From positions 190-64,189 of the forward strand of contig CAZWAE010000001.1 of NCBI GenBank assembly GCA_964631805.1: a stretch of DNA of 64,000 nt, given 5' to 3'. Below, piece after piece: positions 1 to 10,441 of this stretch (its first letter is position 1; the number at the start of each line of letters is the position of its first letter). A model generated the notes under the pieces. That model was not told the DNA's origin. It did no database searches and saw nothing but the letters and a program-made list of their open reading frames with translations. The translations under genes and the position numbers were made by a program. Origin of the DNA: an uncultured Desulfobacteraceae bacterium (lineage in GTDB: Bacteria; Desulfobacterota; Desulfobacteria; Desulfobacterales; CAZWAE01).

Positions 1-181
1 CGGTGTCGGAATTCTCCACGAGAATCAGTCCATCCGCACCCACGGACATGGCCCTGCGGCACACCCTCGCGATAAAATCGGGAAGGTCCTGGTTCGCCAA
101 ACGGTCCTTTCGATTGTCGATAATGATAAAGTCATTCCCGCTCCCGCTCATCTTGTAAAACGGTATCGCTTTCAAAGACAT
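1..181 (-). CDS. dapF: diaminopimelate epimerase, N-terminal part (gene runs off left edge)
   Basis: Minus-strand translation from ATG at 179-181: MSLKAIPFYKMSGSGNDFIIIDNRKDRL... The KMxGxGNDFIIID motif is the DapF N-terminus. It lies 13 bp downstream of lysA. Confidence 0.8.
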   Translation of the reverse strand, partial: MSLKAIPFYKMSGSGNDFIIIDNRKDRLANQDLPDFIARVCRRAMSVGADGLILVENSDT

Positions 182-194
182 CGGTTCCATCCGT

Positions 195-1445
195 TCAAAA
201 GGAAGTTACGGTTTCTCCTGCCACCAGATCTTCGTAGGACTGGCGCGCTTTGATGATCCGGAATTGATCCCCGCTTGCCATCACCTCCGGTACCTTCAGG
301 CGGCTACAATAGTTGGATGACATGGTATACCCGTAGGCACCGGCACTCATCACGGCCAAAAGATCACCGCTTCTGGCATCGGGGACCTCCCGGTCTTTTG
401 CCAAAAAGTCACTGCTTTCACAAATGGGGCCCACCACATCGGCAACGATAACGTTAGCGTTTTTCCGGTCCACCGGCTGGATGGCATGATATGCCTGGTA
501 CAACATGGGCCGCATGAGATCGTTCATCCCCGCATCGGTAATCAGGAAGGTCTTCTCCGGTCCCTCTTTCCGGTAGAGGACGCGTGTCACCAGGGCCCCC
601 GCATTTCCCACGACCACGCGGCCTGGCTCTAAAATCAGATGGACCGATTCTCCCTTCAATGCGTCCACGATGGCCCGGGCATATTCTCCGGGTTGCGGCG
701 GCGATTCATCGTCATAGGTGATTCCCAATCCACCGCCCATGTCCAGGTACCGGATGCTGATGCCCATCTCCCGAAGGTGCCCGATGAGTCGCTTTAGATT
801 GGCCAAAGCATCTTCAAACGGTCCCACCTCTGTAATCTGGGACCCGATATGACAATCGACACCGATAATATCGATATTGGCCAGCCGGCTGGCCGCCTGG
901 TAGGCTTCAATAGCGGTTTTGGTGTCGATTCCGAATTTATTCGTCTTCATCCCAGTTGAAATATAGGGATGGGTCTTCGGGTCCACATCCGGGTTGACAC
1001 GGATGGCCACCGGCGCTTTTCGGTTCAACAACCCCGCCCGCTCATCGATCCTTGCCAGCTCCTCTATGGATTCCACATTGAACATGAGGATACCGGTGTT
1101 GAGGGCAAAATCGATCTCATCCACACGCTTTCCGACCCCCGAGTATACGATCTTTTCAGGGGCGATCCCGGCTTTCAACCCCCGGTACAATTCACCCCCC
1201 GAAACGATATCCAGCCCTCCCCCCAGATCGGCGAACAGCTTTAAAATGGAGATATTGCTGTTGGCCTTTGCGGAGTAACATACGATCCGGTTCAATCCAT
1301 GAAAGGCCTCATCGAAAATCAGAAAATGGCGCTTCAATGTGGCATGGCTGTAGAGATAAAACGGCGTTCCGACTTTTTCGGCAATGGCGGAAACCGGAAC
1401 CTCCTCACAAAACATCTCGTTGTCGCGGTATTTAAAATGATGCAT
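195..1445 (-). CDS. lysA: diaminopimelate decarboxylase
   Basis: 416-aa ORF with PLP-dependent group IV decarboxylase motifs (TPFYLY, YSxKAN, GGGLGI, EPGR, CESxD), collinear with LysA. Confidence 0.95.
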   Translation of the reverse strand: MHHFKYRDNEMFCEEVPVSAIAEKVGTPFYLYSHATLKRHFLIFDEAFHGLNRIVCYSAKANSNISILKLFADLGGGLDIVSGGELYRGLKAGIAPEKIVYSGVGKRVDEIDFALNTGILMFNVESIEELARIDERAGLLNRKAPVAIRVNPDVDPKTHPYISTGMKTNKFGIDTKTAIEAYQAASRLANIDIIGVDCHIGSQITEVGPFEDALANLKRLIGHLREMGISIRYLDMGGGLGITYDDESPPQPGEYARAIVDALKGESVHLILEPGRVVVGNAGALVTRVLYRKEGPEKTFLITDAGMNDLMRPMLYQAYHAIQPVDRKNANVIVADVVGPICESSDFLAKDREVPDARSGDLLAVMSAGAYGYTMSSNYCSRLKVPEVMASGDQFRIIKARQSYEDLVAGETVTSF

Positions 1446-1853
1446 ATTTCCTCAAACTAAGTATAGAATCCCGTCATAGAGGACCAGGCTTTGGGTTACC
1501 CCTTAAAGGGGATGTCTTACCGTTGAACGGATTAAAACCGAAATTCGAAACAAATCCTAAATTCGAATGCTCAAATGCTCTAAACAATCAAGATGGGTTT
1601 CAATGCATAACGGTAAATTTGTTTGGAACATTAGAGTTTTGGTCACGCGCAGCGCAGGCGCTCCCGCAGCGCCAGCGCTTGCGCGGCGTGTGCGCCGCGT
1701 GTTAGAGTTTGTTTCGTATTTCATATTTCGTGCTTCTAATTTTGTATCAATTTGCTTCAGCAGGGACGTCTATATCTGAGCCGGCTCAAAGGAAAATGTT
1801 TTTCCAAATGAATAGAATCTTCTGATTGGGGCCTTGACGGCTGCAGCCCGTTG

Positions 1854-2312
1854 TCAGTAGATAAACTCGGCCGGATTGGAGTTCGGCCCCTCATCTCCAT
1901 CACGATTGTAAACCGTTACCTGGTAGATATAGCGGTATCCCTTTTCCACGGACTCCTGATACTCCCATTTCTTCTCTCCGGCTAATTCGCCACGGAGGGG
2001 GATGTCTGCAATCCGTTCGAACATCAAGGGGCAGTCCTCACAGTCTGCAACAGACAGGGCTGTTTTTGAGCGGCTGACAAAAAATCCCGCTGCAACAGCG
2101 GCGGCCTGTCCACTGCTTTTCGGCAGGGTCCACCAGAGCCTGACCGCATCGTTTTCAACGGCTGCAGTGAGGTCGGAGATAACCGGAAGCGGTGCCTGCC
2201 GGGGTGCGACAGGAGGTCCCTTTTTTCCACATCCTGTCAGGATAGGTACGATCGCAAACAACAGGAAAAGCAAACCGGTGCCGATGACATACTTTTCTTT
2301 TCTATGTTTCAT
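1854..2312 (-). CDS. lipoprotein with LptM/LppL-like lipobox (LTGCGKKGPP) and a C-terminal beta-rich extension
   Basis: Signal peptide plus lipobox LTGC followed by GKKGPPVAP, as in the YifL/LptM attachment motif. The position upstream of lysA-dapF matches the lptM-lysA-dapF synteny of other Proteobacteria. Confidence 0.65.
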   Translation of the reverse strand: MKHRKEKYVIGTGLLFLLFAIVPILTGCGKKGPPVAPRQAPLPVISDLTAAVENDAVRLWWTLPKSSGQAAAVAAGFFVSRSKTALSVADCEDCPLMFERIADIPLRGELAGEKKWEYQESVEKGYRYIYQVTVYNRDGDEGPNSNPAEFIY

Positions 2313-2473
2313 GTTTCACATATCCTAATTTAGAATCAACGATTATTGTCCAATGGAGGATCCGGTACATCCAACTTCAACCGAAATCACTTCCATTCTC
2401 TCTGCCGGAACGGTTTAGATCAATACCGTTCGAACAACAACCGACCCAAATGCCGGAAGAATTCATTCGGGAA

Positions 2474-3862
2474 TCACTTTTTTCCGGCGATCTCTTTCTT
2501 TGCTTTTTGAACGGCCGCTTTTACCCGTGGGGTGGCCGTGCCACCGAATGATATTCTCCGATCGATGATCTGTTGGGTCGAAAGGGCCTCAAAAATATCC
2601 TCCCTGACCAGGGAAGAAAACGCGCTTAACGCTTCAAAACTCAGTTCATGGAGTTCCTTGCCCTGGCTCAGCGCTGCTGCAACCGCTTTCCCGACACAGT
2701 CATGGGCCTGCCTGAACGGCATGCCTTGGTTGACCAGGTAATCGGCGAAATCGGTGGCATTGAGAAAACCGCGGCAAGCGGCAGCCGCCATCCGGTCCTC
2801 CATCACCCCGATCTTCGGAATCAGTCTGGCATAGATATCGATGCAGGCTTTTAACGTGTCCACGGCATCGAACAGCAGGTGTTTATCTTCCTGCATATCG
2901 CGGTTGTAGGCAAGCGGAAGCGATTTCATGAGCGTCAACATGCCCATCAGGTCCCCGATAACCCGCCCGGTCTTTCCCCGGACCAGTTCGGGTACATCCG
3001 GATTTTTTTTCTGGGGCATGATACTGCTCCCCGTTGCAAAGGCATCCGGTAGTTCGATAAAATGAAATTCCGCAGAAGACCAGAGGATCATCTCTTCCGA
3101 CAATCGGCTGAAATGAATCATGCTGAGACTCGCGGCCGCCATGAATTCGATGATAAAATCCCTGTCGGACACCGTATCGATGCTGTTTGCCGTCACTTCC
3201 GGGAAATCGAGCAGTTCGGCCGTGTAGTGCCGGTCGATGGGATAGGTGGTGCCGGCCAGGGCGGCGGTCCCCAGCGGCATCACATCGATCCGTTTGAGAC
3301 AATCCTCGAATCGTCCGGTATCCCTTGAAAACATCTCATAATAAGCCAGAAGATGGTGCCCGAACAATACCGGCTGGGCTCGCTGCAAATGGGTATATCC
3401 GGGCAAGACCGTTTCCGCATGGGTTTCGGCGAGGTTGACCAGCGCCTCTTTGAGCCTCGAAAGATCGGAAAGAATCTGGCGGGTTTCCGCACGCAGATAC
3501 ATCCTGATGTCGAGGGCCACCTGGTCGTTCCGGCTCCGCCCGGTATGCAGCTTTTGGGCGGTTTTGCCCACGATCTCTGCCAGCCGGGTCTCCACGTGCA
3601 TATGGATATCTTCCAGGCTGTCGTCAAACTGAAATTCGCCCCGCCTGATTTCCCGTTTGACCTGCCCGAGGCCTTCAACCATGAGGGATGATTCCTCTTC
3701 CGAAATCACCCCGGCTTTCGCCAGGGTCCGGCAATGCGCAATGCTTCCCTCGATATCGTAGACATAAAGACGCCTGTCTGTTTCGATGGAGGAGGTAAAC
3801 GCCTCCACACTCCGATCGGTTTTCTCCGAAAATCTGCCGTCCCAGGGTTTTTGGGCCATCAT
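2474..3862 (-). CDS. argH: argininosuccinate lyase
   Basis: 462-aa ORF with the fumarate-lyase signature GSSIMPQKKNPD and an ArgH-typical N-terminus (WDGRFSE). Confidence 0.95.
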   Translation of the reverse strand: MMAQKPWDGRFSEKTDRSVEAFTSSIETDRRLYVYDIEGSIAHCRTLAKAGVISEEESSLMVEGLGQVKREIRRGEFQFDDSLEDIHMHVETRLAEIVGKTAQKLHTGRSRNDQVALDIRMYLRAETRQILSDLSRLKEALVNLAETHAETVLPGYTHLQRAQPVLFGHHLLAYYEMFSRDTGRFEDCLKRIDVMPLGTAALAGTTYPIDRHYTAELLDFPEVTANSIDTVSDRDFIIEFMAAASLSMIHFSRLSEEMILWSSAEFHFIELPDAFATGSSIMPQKKNPDVPELVRGKTGRVIGDLMGMLTLMKSLPLAYNRDMQEDKHLLFDAVDTLKACIDIYARLIPKIGVMEDRMAAAACRGFLNATDFADYLVNQGMPFRQAHDCVGKAVAAALSQGKELHELSFEALSAFSSLVREDIFEALSTQQIIDRRISFGGTATPRVKAAVQKAKKEIAGKK

Positions 3863-3977
3863 TACCTCTTTGGATGGACTGCGGGTCCATCATTTTAGTG
3901 CCTGGCGTTACCGCACCCGGTTGTTTATCTCATAAGATTGTAGGATTGATCCCGGGTCTCAACCGACAGGGCGACAC

Positions 3978-5186
3978 CTACACCTTCTCCATCATCAGCT
4001 TCCGGATTCTCAGCCGCAATGCGTTCAATCGGATAAAGCCTTCGGCATCCTTCTGGCTGTAGACATCGTCGTCCTCAAAGGTGGCAAAATCCTGGCTGTA
4101 GACGGAATAATCGGATTTCCGGCCCAGCACGGTACAGTTGCCTTTATACAGTTCAAGACGGACGACCCCCGATACCTGCTGTTGGCTCATATCGATCATG
4201 TTCTGCAGCAGCAATCTCTCCGGTGAAAACCAGAAACCGTTGTAAATCAGTTCCGCATATTTGGGGACCAGCGAATCCCTCAGGTGCATCACCTCCCGGT
4301 CCATGGTGATGGACTCGACGGCCATATGAGCCGTCCTTAAAACCGTTCCCCCCGGCGTTTCATACACCCCCCTCGATTTCATCCCGACAAACCGATTCTC
4401 GACAATGTCCACCCGCCCGATCCCGTGGCGCCCGCCAAGCCGGTTGAGTTCCTTCAGCATATTGGCCGGTGAGAGGGTCTTACCGTTGACGGCAACAGGA
4501 TCGCCTTCTTTAAATTCGATCTCTATGATTTCGGCCTGATCCGGGGCGTCTTTCGGGGAAACGGTCATGGTATGCATGCTTTCGGGCGGTGCCTGCCAGG
4601 GATCTTCCAACTCGCCGCCCTCAAAACTGATATGCAGAAGGTTGCGATCGGTGCTGTAGGGTTTGGCGTGGGTTGTGGGAACCGAAATGCCGTGTTTCTC
4701 GGCGAATGCCATCAGGGCGGTCCGTGAATTCAAGGACCAGTCCCGCCACGGGGCGATGATTTTTATCTTCGGGTCTATGGCAAGATACCCCAGCTCGAAC
4801 CGCACCTGGTCGTTGCCTTTGCCGGTGGCCCCGTGGCTGACGGCGTCGGCGCCCTCGATTTGTGCAATTTCCATCTGGCGTTTGGCAATCAGGGGTCTCG
4901 CAATGGAGGTGCCCAGCAGATACTGCCCCTCGTATATGGCGTTGGCCCGAAAGGCCGGAAAGACGTAATCCTTGACAAAGGTTTCCGTTAAATCATCGAT
5001 ATAGATCTTTGAAGCACCGGTCTTTTTGGCGTTTTCCCGGATGGGTGCCACCTCTTCACCCTGCCCGATGTCCGCTGAAAATGTGATGACTTCACAATGA
5101 TAGGTTTCAATCAGCCATTTTAGGATGACCGATGTGTCCAATCCGCCCGAATAGGCCAGGACGACTTTTTGAATATCTGTTGACAC
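3978..5186 (-). CDS. argG: argininosuccinate synthase
   Basis: [12 protein letters not shown]-pyrophosphatase motif and full-length ArgG collinearity. The ORF is open to 5234, but the GTG at 5186 has an AAAGGA RBS 7 nt upstream and gives the canonical N-terminus. Confidence 0.93.
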   Translation of the reverse strand: MSTDIQKVVLAYSGGLDTSVILKWLIETYHCEVITFSADIGQGEEVAPIRENAKKTGASKIYIDDLTETFVKDYVFPAFRANAIYEGQYLLGTSIARPLIAKRQMEIAQIEGADAVSHGATGKGNDQVRFELGYLAIDPKIKIIAPWRDWSLNSRTALMAFAEKHGISVPTTHAKPYSTDRNLLHISFEGGELEDPWQAPPESMHTMTVSPKDAPDQAEIIEIEFKEGDPVAVNGKTLSPANMLKELNRLGGRHGIGRVDIVENRFVGMKSRGVYETPGGTVLRTAHMAVESITMDREVMHLRDSLVPKYAELIYNGFWFSPERLLLQNMIDMSQQQVSGVVRLELYKGNCTVLGRKSDYSVYSQDFATFEDDDVYSQKDAEGFIRLNALRLRIRKLMMEKV

Positions 5187-5247
5187 GAATCTGTCCTTTC
5201 TTTTGACTCCGTTATGATCATCTTTCCGGGGCACGTTGCCCCTTGCG

Positions 5248-6156
5248 CTACCCCAGCATCACATCCAGAATGGCAGCGGCCATATGCATCTTGTTTTCCG
5301 CCTGGTCCCAGACGGCGGAACCCTCTCCCTCCAACACCGTTTCGGTGATCTCTTCACCCCGGTGAGCGGGCAGGCAGTGCAGCACCATGGCGTCCCGGGC
5401 CGCATGCGCCAACAGCTTGCGATTGACCTGGTACGGCATGAAAGCTTTTTCTCTCAGCATTTGCTCCTCTTCCTGCCCCATACTGGCCCAGACATCGGTG
5501 TTGACGACATCCGCACCCGCCACCGCCGCCACAGGATCGGAAGTCACCTCTATGGTGCCGCCGATCTCCCGGGCATTGTCCAGAATCCGGCGGTCCGGTT
5601 CATACCCGACGGGGCATGCCAAATGCAGGTTGAGCCCTAAAACCGCGGCGGCATTTATCCAGGAATGGGCCACGTTATTGCCGTCCCCGACCCAGGCAAT
5701 CTTCAGGTCATCGACTCGCCCCTTGTACTCTACAACGGTAAATAGATCGCACAGGATCTGTGTCGGATGGTACCCGTCGGTCAGTGCGTTGATGACCGGA
5801 ATGCCGGCAAAACCCGCAAACGCCTCCACCCATTCCTGTGAATAGGTTCGGATCGCCACAACATCCAGATACCTTGACAGCACCCGCGCCGTATCCTGAA
5901 GGGGTTCGTTACGCGACATCTGTGTGTCCGCCGTGCTGATGAACAAAGAGGTTCCCCCCAGCTTTGATGCCGCGGCTTCAAAAGAGACCCGCGTCCGGGT
6001 GGAAGCCTTTTCAAAAAGGAGACCCAATGTCTTTCCTGAAAGCCGCGATTCAACAATCCCCTGTCTCCGGCGTGTTTTCAGTTCAGCCGCCCGCCGGAAC
6101 AGCCGGTGGAAATCTTCCTTGTCCAGATCCAGCAATGTCAAAATATCTTTTTTCAT
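5248..6156 (-). CDS. argF: ornithine carbamoyltransferase
   Basis: 302 aa with the STRTR carbamoyl-phosphate motif, HPTQ and HCLP motifs. Confidence 0.93.
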   Translation of the reverse strand: MKKDILTLLDLDKEDFHRLFRRAAELKTRRRQGIVESRLSGKTLGLLFEKASTRTRVSFEAAASKLGGTSLFISTADTQMSRNEPLQDTARVLSRYLDVVAIRTYSQEWVEAFAGFAGIPVINALTDGYHPTQILCDLFTVVEYKGRVDDLKIAWVGDGNNVAHSWINAAAVLGLNLHLACPVGYEPDRRILDNAREIGGTIEVTSDPVAAVAGADVVNTDVWASMGQEEEQMLREKAFMPYQVNRKLLAHAARDAMVLHCLPAHRGEEITETVLEGEGSAVWDQAENKMHMAAAILDVMLG

Positions 6157-6190
6157 GATTCATTCCCTTATGGCGTCCGGACCCCTGAGA

Positions 6191-7375
6191 TCAAAGCAGA
6201 CCATCCAGGCCTTCCAGCAGTCCATCGATCTGGTGTTTTTCGATGATCAGCGGCGGTACGAACCGCAGGATATTGCCCTGGATGCAGTTCACCACCAGTC
6301 CCTTTTCAAGGCATTGGTTCACAATGGCATCGCCGTCGGTCGCCAGCTTCATGCCGAGCATCAATCCCCTTCCCCGTACATCAAGAACGGTTTCGTGTTT
6401 CTCTTTCAACCGGAGAAGCCCCGCCTTGAAATAGGCGCCGATATCTGAACACCGCTCGACGATCCCCTCCCCTGCAAGAATCTTCACCACAGCCAGCGAT
6501 GCCGCGGTGACGATGGGTGTACCGCCGAAGGTGGACCCGTGGGATCCGGGTCCGAAAGCCTCGGCAACAGCCTCTTTTGCCAGCATCGCCCCGATGGGAA
6601 ACCCGTTTCCCAATGCCTTGGCCAGGGTCATGATATCCGGCTGGATGTCGTCATGCTCATGGGCAAAGAGCTTTCCGGTCCTCCCCATGCCGGTCTGGAT
6701 CTCATCGAGTATCAACAGGAGCCCGGCCTCATCGCAAAGCTGCCTGACCGCCTGTAGATATCCCGGGTCGGGGCATCGGACCCCGCCCTCTCCCTGCACC
6801 GGTTCCATCAGCACGCCACAGGTGCTGTCACATACGGCGTTTCTCAGGGCATCAATGTCATTAAAGGGAACAAAATCGAAACCATCCAGGACCGGGGCAA
6901 AACCCTTTTTGATCTTATCCTGCCCGGTGGCGGAAAGGGCCGCCATGGTCCTGCCGTGGAAGGATCGATCCATGCCGATGATCCGGAAACGCCCGGGATC
7001 GCCCTTGTCGTGAAAATACTTGCGGGCAAGCTTTATGGCGGCCTCGTTGGCCTCTGCCCCGCTGTTGCAGAAAAAAACCCGATCCGCAAAACTGTTTTCG
7101 GTCAGCCATAACGCCAGTTCCACCTGTGGGGAGGTATAGTAAAGATTCGAGACGTGCAGCAGTTTTGCCGCCTGTTCCGCCACCGCATCGGCCACCATCG
7201 GATGGGCATGTCCGAGATTGCAGACCGCAATACCGGCGACGAAATCGGTGTATTCACGCCCTTCGGTATCCCATAGGGTGGCCCCGCTACCCCGTTCAAA
7301 CACGACGGGAAAGCGTTTATAGGTTCTGGCCATCACCCGCTCCGCCTCGGTCTTGATGTCGCTGGTCATGTTCAT
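6191..7375 (-). CDS. argD: acetylornithine aminotransferase (class III PLP aminotransferase)
   Basis: 394 aa with class-III aminotransferase motifs (GSGAEANE, DEIQTGMGRTG, TFGG), located in the arg cluster. Confidence 0.9.
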   Translation of the reverse strand: MNMTSDIKTEAERVMARTYKRFPVVFERGSGATLWDTEGREYTDFVAGIAVCNLGHAHPMVADAVAEQAAKLLHVSNLYYTSPQVELALWLTENSFADRVFFCNSGAEANEAAIKLARKYFHDKGDPGRFRIIGMDRSFHGRTMAALSATGQDKIKKGFAPVLDGFDFVPFNDIDALRNAVCDSTCGVLMEPVQGEGGVRCPDPGYLQAVRQLCDEAGLLLILDEIQTGMGRTGKLFAHEHDDIQPDIMTLAKALGNGFPIGAMLAKEAVAEAFGPGSHGSTFGGTPIVTAASLAVVKILAGEGIVERCSDIGAYFKAGLLRLKEKHETVLDVRGRGLMLGMKLATDGDAIVNQCLEKGLVVNCIQGNILRFVPPLIIEKHQIDGLLEGLDGLL

Positions 7376-7415
7376 GGTCCGCCTTCTGCTGTGCGTGGGT
7401 TTGTTCCGCTGCCCC

Positions 7416-8303
7416 TTAACCGGTCTCTTTTACCGTCACTTCGGTGCCGATGCCGCTGTCGGTAAAAAGTTCCAGGAGAATGGCGTGGCGCTTTTTGCCG
7501 TTCAGGATGTGCACCTTTTCAACACCGTTTTTCAACGCCGAAAGCGCACATTCAATCTTGGGGATCATACCCCCGGAAATGGACTGGTCCCGGATCATCT
7601 TCCCGATGGTTTCCGCATCGATGGTGGATATGAGATTTCCGGACGGTTCCATCACGCCGTCCACATCGGTCAACAGGACCAACCGGCAGGCATCCAGCGC
7701 CGTGGCCATACGACTGGCAACCAGATCGGCATTGATGTTGAAAGTTTCCCCGGAACTTCCCACCCCCACCGGTGCGATCACCGGGATAAATCCCCTGGCC
7801 GTCAGGGTATGGATGATGTCCGGATTGATCCGGGTGGGTTGTCCCACCAGACCGGGGTCGATAATCTCCGGCGGTTTGTCTTCGTCATCCTGAAACACAA
7901 TATGGAGCTTTTCAGCCAGTATCAGTTCGCCATCTTTGCCGCTGAGCCCGACCGCCTTGCCCCCTTCCCGGTTGATCCTTGCCACGATCTGTTTGTTTAC
8001 CTTGCCCCCCAGCACCATCTCCACCACATCCATGGTCGGGGCATCGGTCATCCGCATCCCCCGGACAAACTTGGGGAACATCCCCATCCTGTCGAGCACT
8101 TCGTTTATCTGAGGTCCTCCCCCGTGGACGATAACAGGGTTCAAACCGATAAATTTCAGGAGGGTGACATCCCGGGCAAAATCGGTTTTCAATTGATCGT
8201 CGACCATGGCGTGTCCGCCATATTTAATAACGATGGTTTTGCCTGAAAACCGCCGGATGTAGGGCAGTGCCTCCACCAGAATGTCAGCAACATTGGGGGT
8301 CAT
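7416..8303 (-). CDS. argB: acetylglutamate kinase
   Basis: 295 aa with the amino-acid kinase fold ([19 protein letters not shown]). Confidence 0.95.
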   Translation of the reverse strand: MTPNVADILVEALPYIRRFSGKTIVIKYGGHAMVDDQLKTDFARDVTLLKFIGLNPVIVHGGGPQINEVLDRMGMFPKFVRGMRMTDAPTMDVVEMVLGGKVNKQIVARINREGGKAVGLSGKDGELILAEKLHIVFQDDEDKPPEIIDPGLVGQPTRINPDIIHTLTARGFIPVIAPVGVGSSGETFNINADLVASRMATALDACRLVLLTDVDGVMEPSGNLISTIDAETIGKMIRDQSISGGMIPKIECALSALKNGVEKVHILNGKKRHAILLELFTDSGIGTEVTVKETG

Positions 8304-8352
8304 GGTCCGGATCCGTTATGGGTTGTGAGTTGTGGGTTACGGGTTGCGAGTT

Positions 8353-9735
8353 CTAAAGAATGTACCGGCTCAGGTCCTCATCCTCCATGATATCTTTCAG
8401 TTTGTCATTCACATAGGACACGTCGATGGTAATTTTCTTCTCTTCCATATCCGGTGCTTCGAACAGGATATCCTCCAGCAATCTTTCCATCAGGGTATGC
8501 AGACGCCTGGCCCCGATATTCTCGGTCCTGTTATTGACCTTTTCGGCAATATCGGCAATGGTTTCCACCGCCGCATTTTCAAACACCACATCGATCCCTT
8601 CTGTCCTCAACAGTGCCAGATATTGCAGCAGCAGGGCATTTTTGGGTTCGGTCAGTATCCGGACGAACTCCTCTTTGCCCAAGGAATCAAGCTCAACCCG
8701 GATGGGGAATCTGCCCTGGAGTTCGGGAATCAGATCGGACGGTTTAACCATGTGAAAAGCCCCCGACGCGATAAACAAAATATGGTCGGTTTTGGCAGGG
8801 CCGTACTTTGTGGTGACCGTACTTCCCTCCACGATGGGCAGCAGGTCCCGTTGAACCCCCTCCCTGGACACATCAGGGCCGGTCGAGCCGTTTTTCCCCG
8901 CGATCTTGTCTATTTCATCGAGAAAAATGATCCCCGACTGCTCCACCTTTTCAATGGCCCGGCTGACCACTTTCTCCATATCAACCAGTCTCTGCGCCTC
9001 TTCCTGGGTCAATATCCCCATGGCTTCAGAGACTTTAACCTTCCGGCGGCGGGTGTTTTTCGGCAGGAGGCCGCCCAACATATCCTTGAAATTGATGCCC
9101 ATCTCTTCCAGTCCTGCGCTGGAAAAGATCTCCACCACCGGCTGGGTCTGTTCCGATACGTCCAGATCCACATACCGGTTGTCCAGCTTTCCGTTTTTAA
9201 GCATCTTACGGAGTTTTTCTCTTGTCGAATGGCTCCCGGCCGGTTCCGCCATTTCAGGATTTTGAGGTACGGGGGCATCCTGATTTGCTTCATCCCCTTT
9301 CCCGGCCCCGGTTTCGGGCAACAAGATATCCAGAAGCCGCTCCTCGGCAGTCTGCCGTGCCTTGCTTTGGACGGCCGCCTGCTCCCTGGTTCTGAGATCA
9401 TTGACCGTCAACTCCACCAGATCCCGGACCATGGACTCCACATCGCGACCCACATATCCGACTTCGGTAAACTTGGATGCCTCCACCTTGGAAAACGGGG
9501 AATCGGTGAGGGAGGAAAGGCGTCTTGCAATCTCGGTTTTTCCCACGCCGGTGGGTCCGATCATGATGATATTTTTGGGCGCGATTTCATCCTTCAGTTC
9601 CTCTGGAACCTGCTGTCGGCGCCAGCGATTCCGGAGGGCAACGGCAACGGACCGCTTGCCCTTGTCCTGACCGATGATATATTTGTCCAAAGCATTTACG
9701 ATTTGAGATGGTTTCAGACTGCTCATATGGCTCAC
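8353..9735 (-). CDS. hslU: ATP-dependent protease ATPase subunit HslU
   Basis: 460 aa with Walker [16 protein letters not shown]-like motif, IIFLDEIDK Walker B, and the HslU I-domain insertion. Confidence 0.95.
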   Translation of the reverse strand: MSHMSSLKPSQIVNALDKYIIGQDKGKRSVAVALRNRWRRQQVPEELKDEIAPKNIIMIGPTGVGKTEIARRLSSLTDSPFSKVEASKFTEVGYVGRDVESMVRDLVELTVNDLRTREQAAVQSKARQTAEERLLDILLPETGAGKGDEANQDAPVPQNPEMAEPAGSHSTREKLRKMLKNGKLDNRYVDLDVSEQTQPVVEIFSSAGLEEMGINFKDMLGGLLPKNTRRRKVKVSEAMGILTQEEAQRLVDMEKVVSRAIEKVEQSGIIFLDEIDKIAGKNGSTGPDVSREGVQRDLLPIVEGSTVTTKYGPAKTDHILFIASGAFHMVKPSDLIPELQGRFPIRVELDSLGKEEFVRILTEPKNALLLQYLALLRTEGIDVVFENAAVETIADIAEKVNNRTENIGARRLHTLMERLLEDILFEAPDMEEKKITIDVSYVNDKLKDIMEDEDLSRYIL

Positions 9736-9794
9736 AACTGCTCATTTAGGGTTTTCAGCCAATGGAGAAACCTTAAGTTTCTTCCGCGTATGGA

Positions 9795-10400
9795 TCACAA
9801 CTCCTCTATTGTCAGTGAATCGTTGGTGAACACGCAAATGTTGCCGGCGATCCGCATCGCCTCCTCCACAATCTGCCTTGCATCCAGATCCGTATTGCGA
9901 ATCAGGGCGGTAGCGGCTGCCTGGGCGGGGACCCCGCCGGACCCGATACCCATGATGCCCTCATCCGGTTCGATGACATCCCCGCTGCCTGAAACGAGAA
10001 ACATCCGATCCCTGTCGACGGCGATCATCACCGCTTCCAGCCGCCGCAAATATTTATCGGTACGCCAGTCCCGGGCCAGTTCCACTGCGCTGCGTGTCAG
10101 GTTGCCGTTATAACGCTCCAGCTTGGCCTCCAGGCGTTCGGAGAGATTCAACGCATCGGCCGCACCACCGGCAAATCCCACGATAATGGTATCGTTATAT
10201 ATGCGCCTTACCTTTTTGGCGCTGTGCTTGATGACGCTGTTGTTCAACGTCACCTGCCCATCCCCTGCAACGGCTGCCCGGCCCTCGACCCGGACCGCCA
10301 GAATCGTGGTGCTTCGTATGACGCGTCCGCCGGCCATGGTTTTATCTTCTACACCGCGATTTCCGGTTTCAGGAAAATGGTGCGGTTTGATATTTTTCAT
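9795..10400 (-). CDS. hslV: ATP-dependent protease subunit HslV
   Basis: Core TTILAVRVEGRAAVAGDGQVTL...GFAGGAADA is HslV. The ATG at 10400 has a GAGGGAG RBS 7 nt upstream; an alternative ATG lies at 10337. The ORF-track start at 10637 overlaps xerC and is rejected. Confidence 0.9.
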   Translation of the reverse strand: MKNIKPHHFPETGNRGVEDKTMAGGRVIRSTTILAVRVEGRAAVAGDGQVTLNNSVIKHSAKKVRRIYNDTIIVGFAGGAADALNLSERLEAKLERYNGNLTRSAVELARDWRTDKYLRRLEAVMIAVDRDRMFLVSGSGDVIEPDEGIMGIGSGGVPAQAAATALIRNTDLDARQIVEEAMRIAGNICVFTNDSLTIEEL

Positions 10401-10441
10401 GATCACGCTCCCTCGACCCGCAACGAATCCCCGGAACCGAT

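Noticed and set aside
1446-1853. A lysine (L-box) riboswitch upstream of lysA.
   Set aside because: I could not recognise the conserved L-box helices or core motifs in the minus-strand leader. The region is reported only as an unexplained structured spacer.
8332-10113. A 593-aa plus-strand ORF, and likewise 7353-8246 (297 aa) opposite argB.
   Set aside because: It is antisense to the clearly conserved hslU/hslV (or argB). The composition is typical of shadow ORFs of GC-skewed coding DNA, with no recognisable domains.
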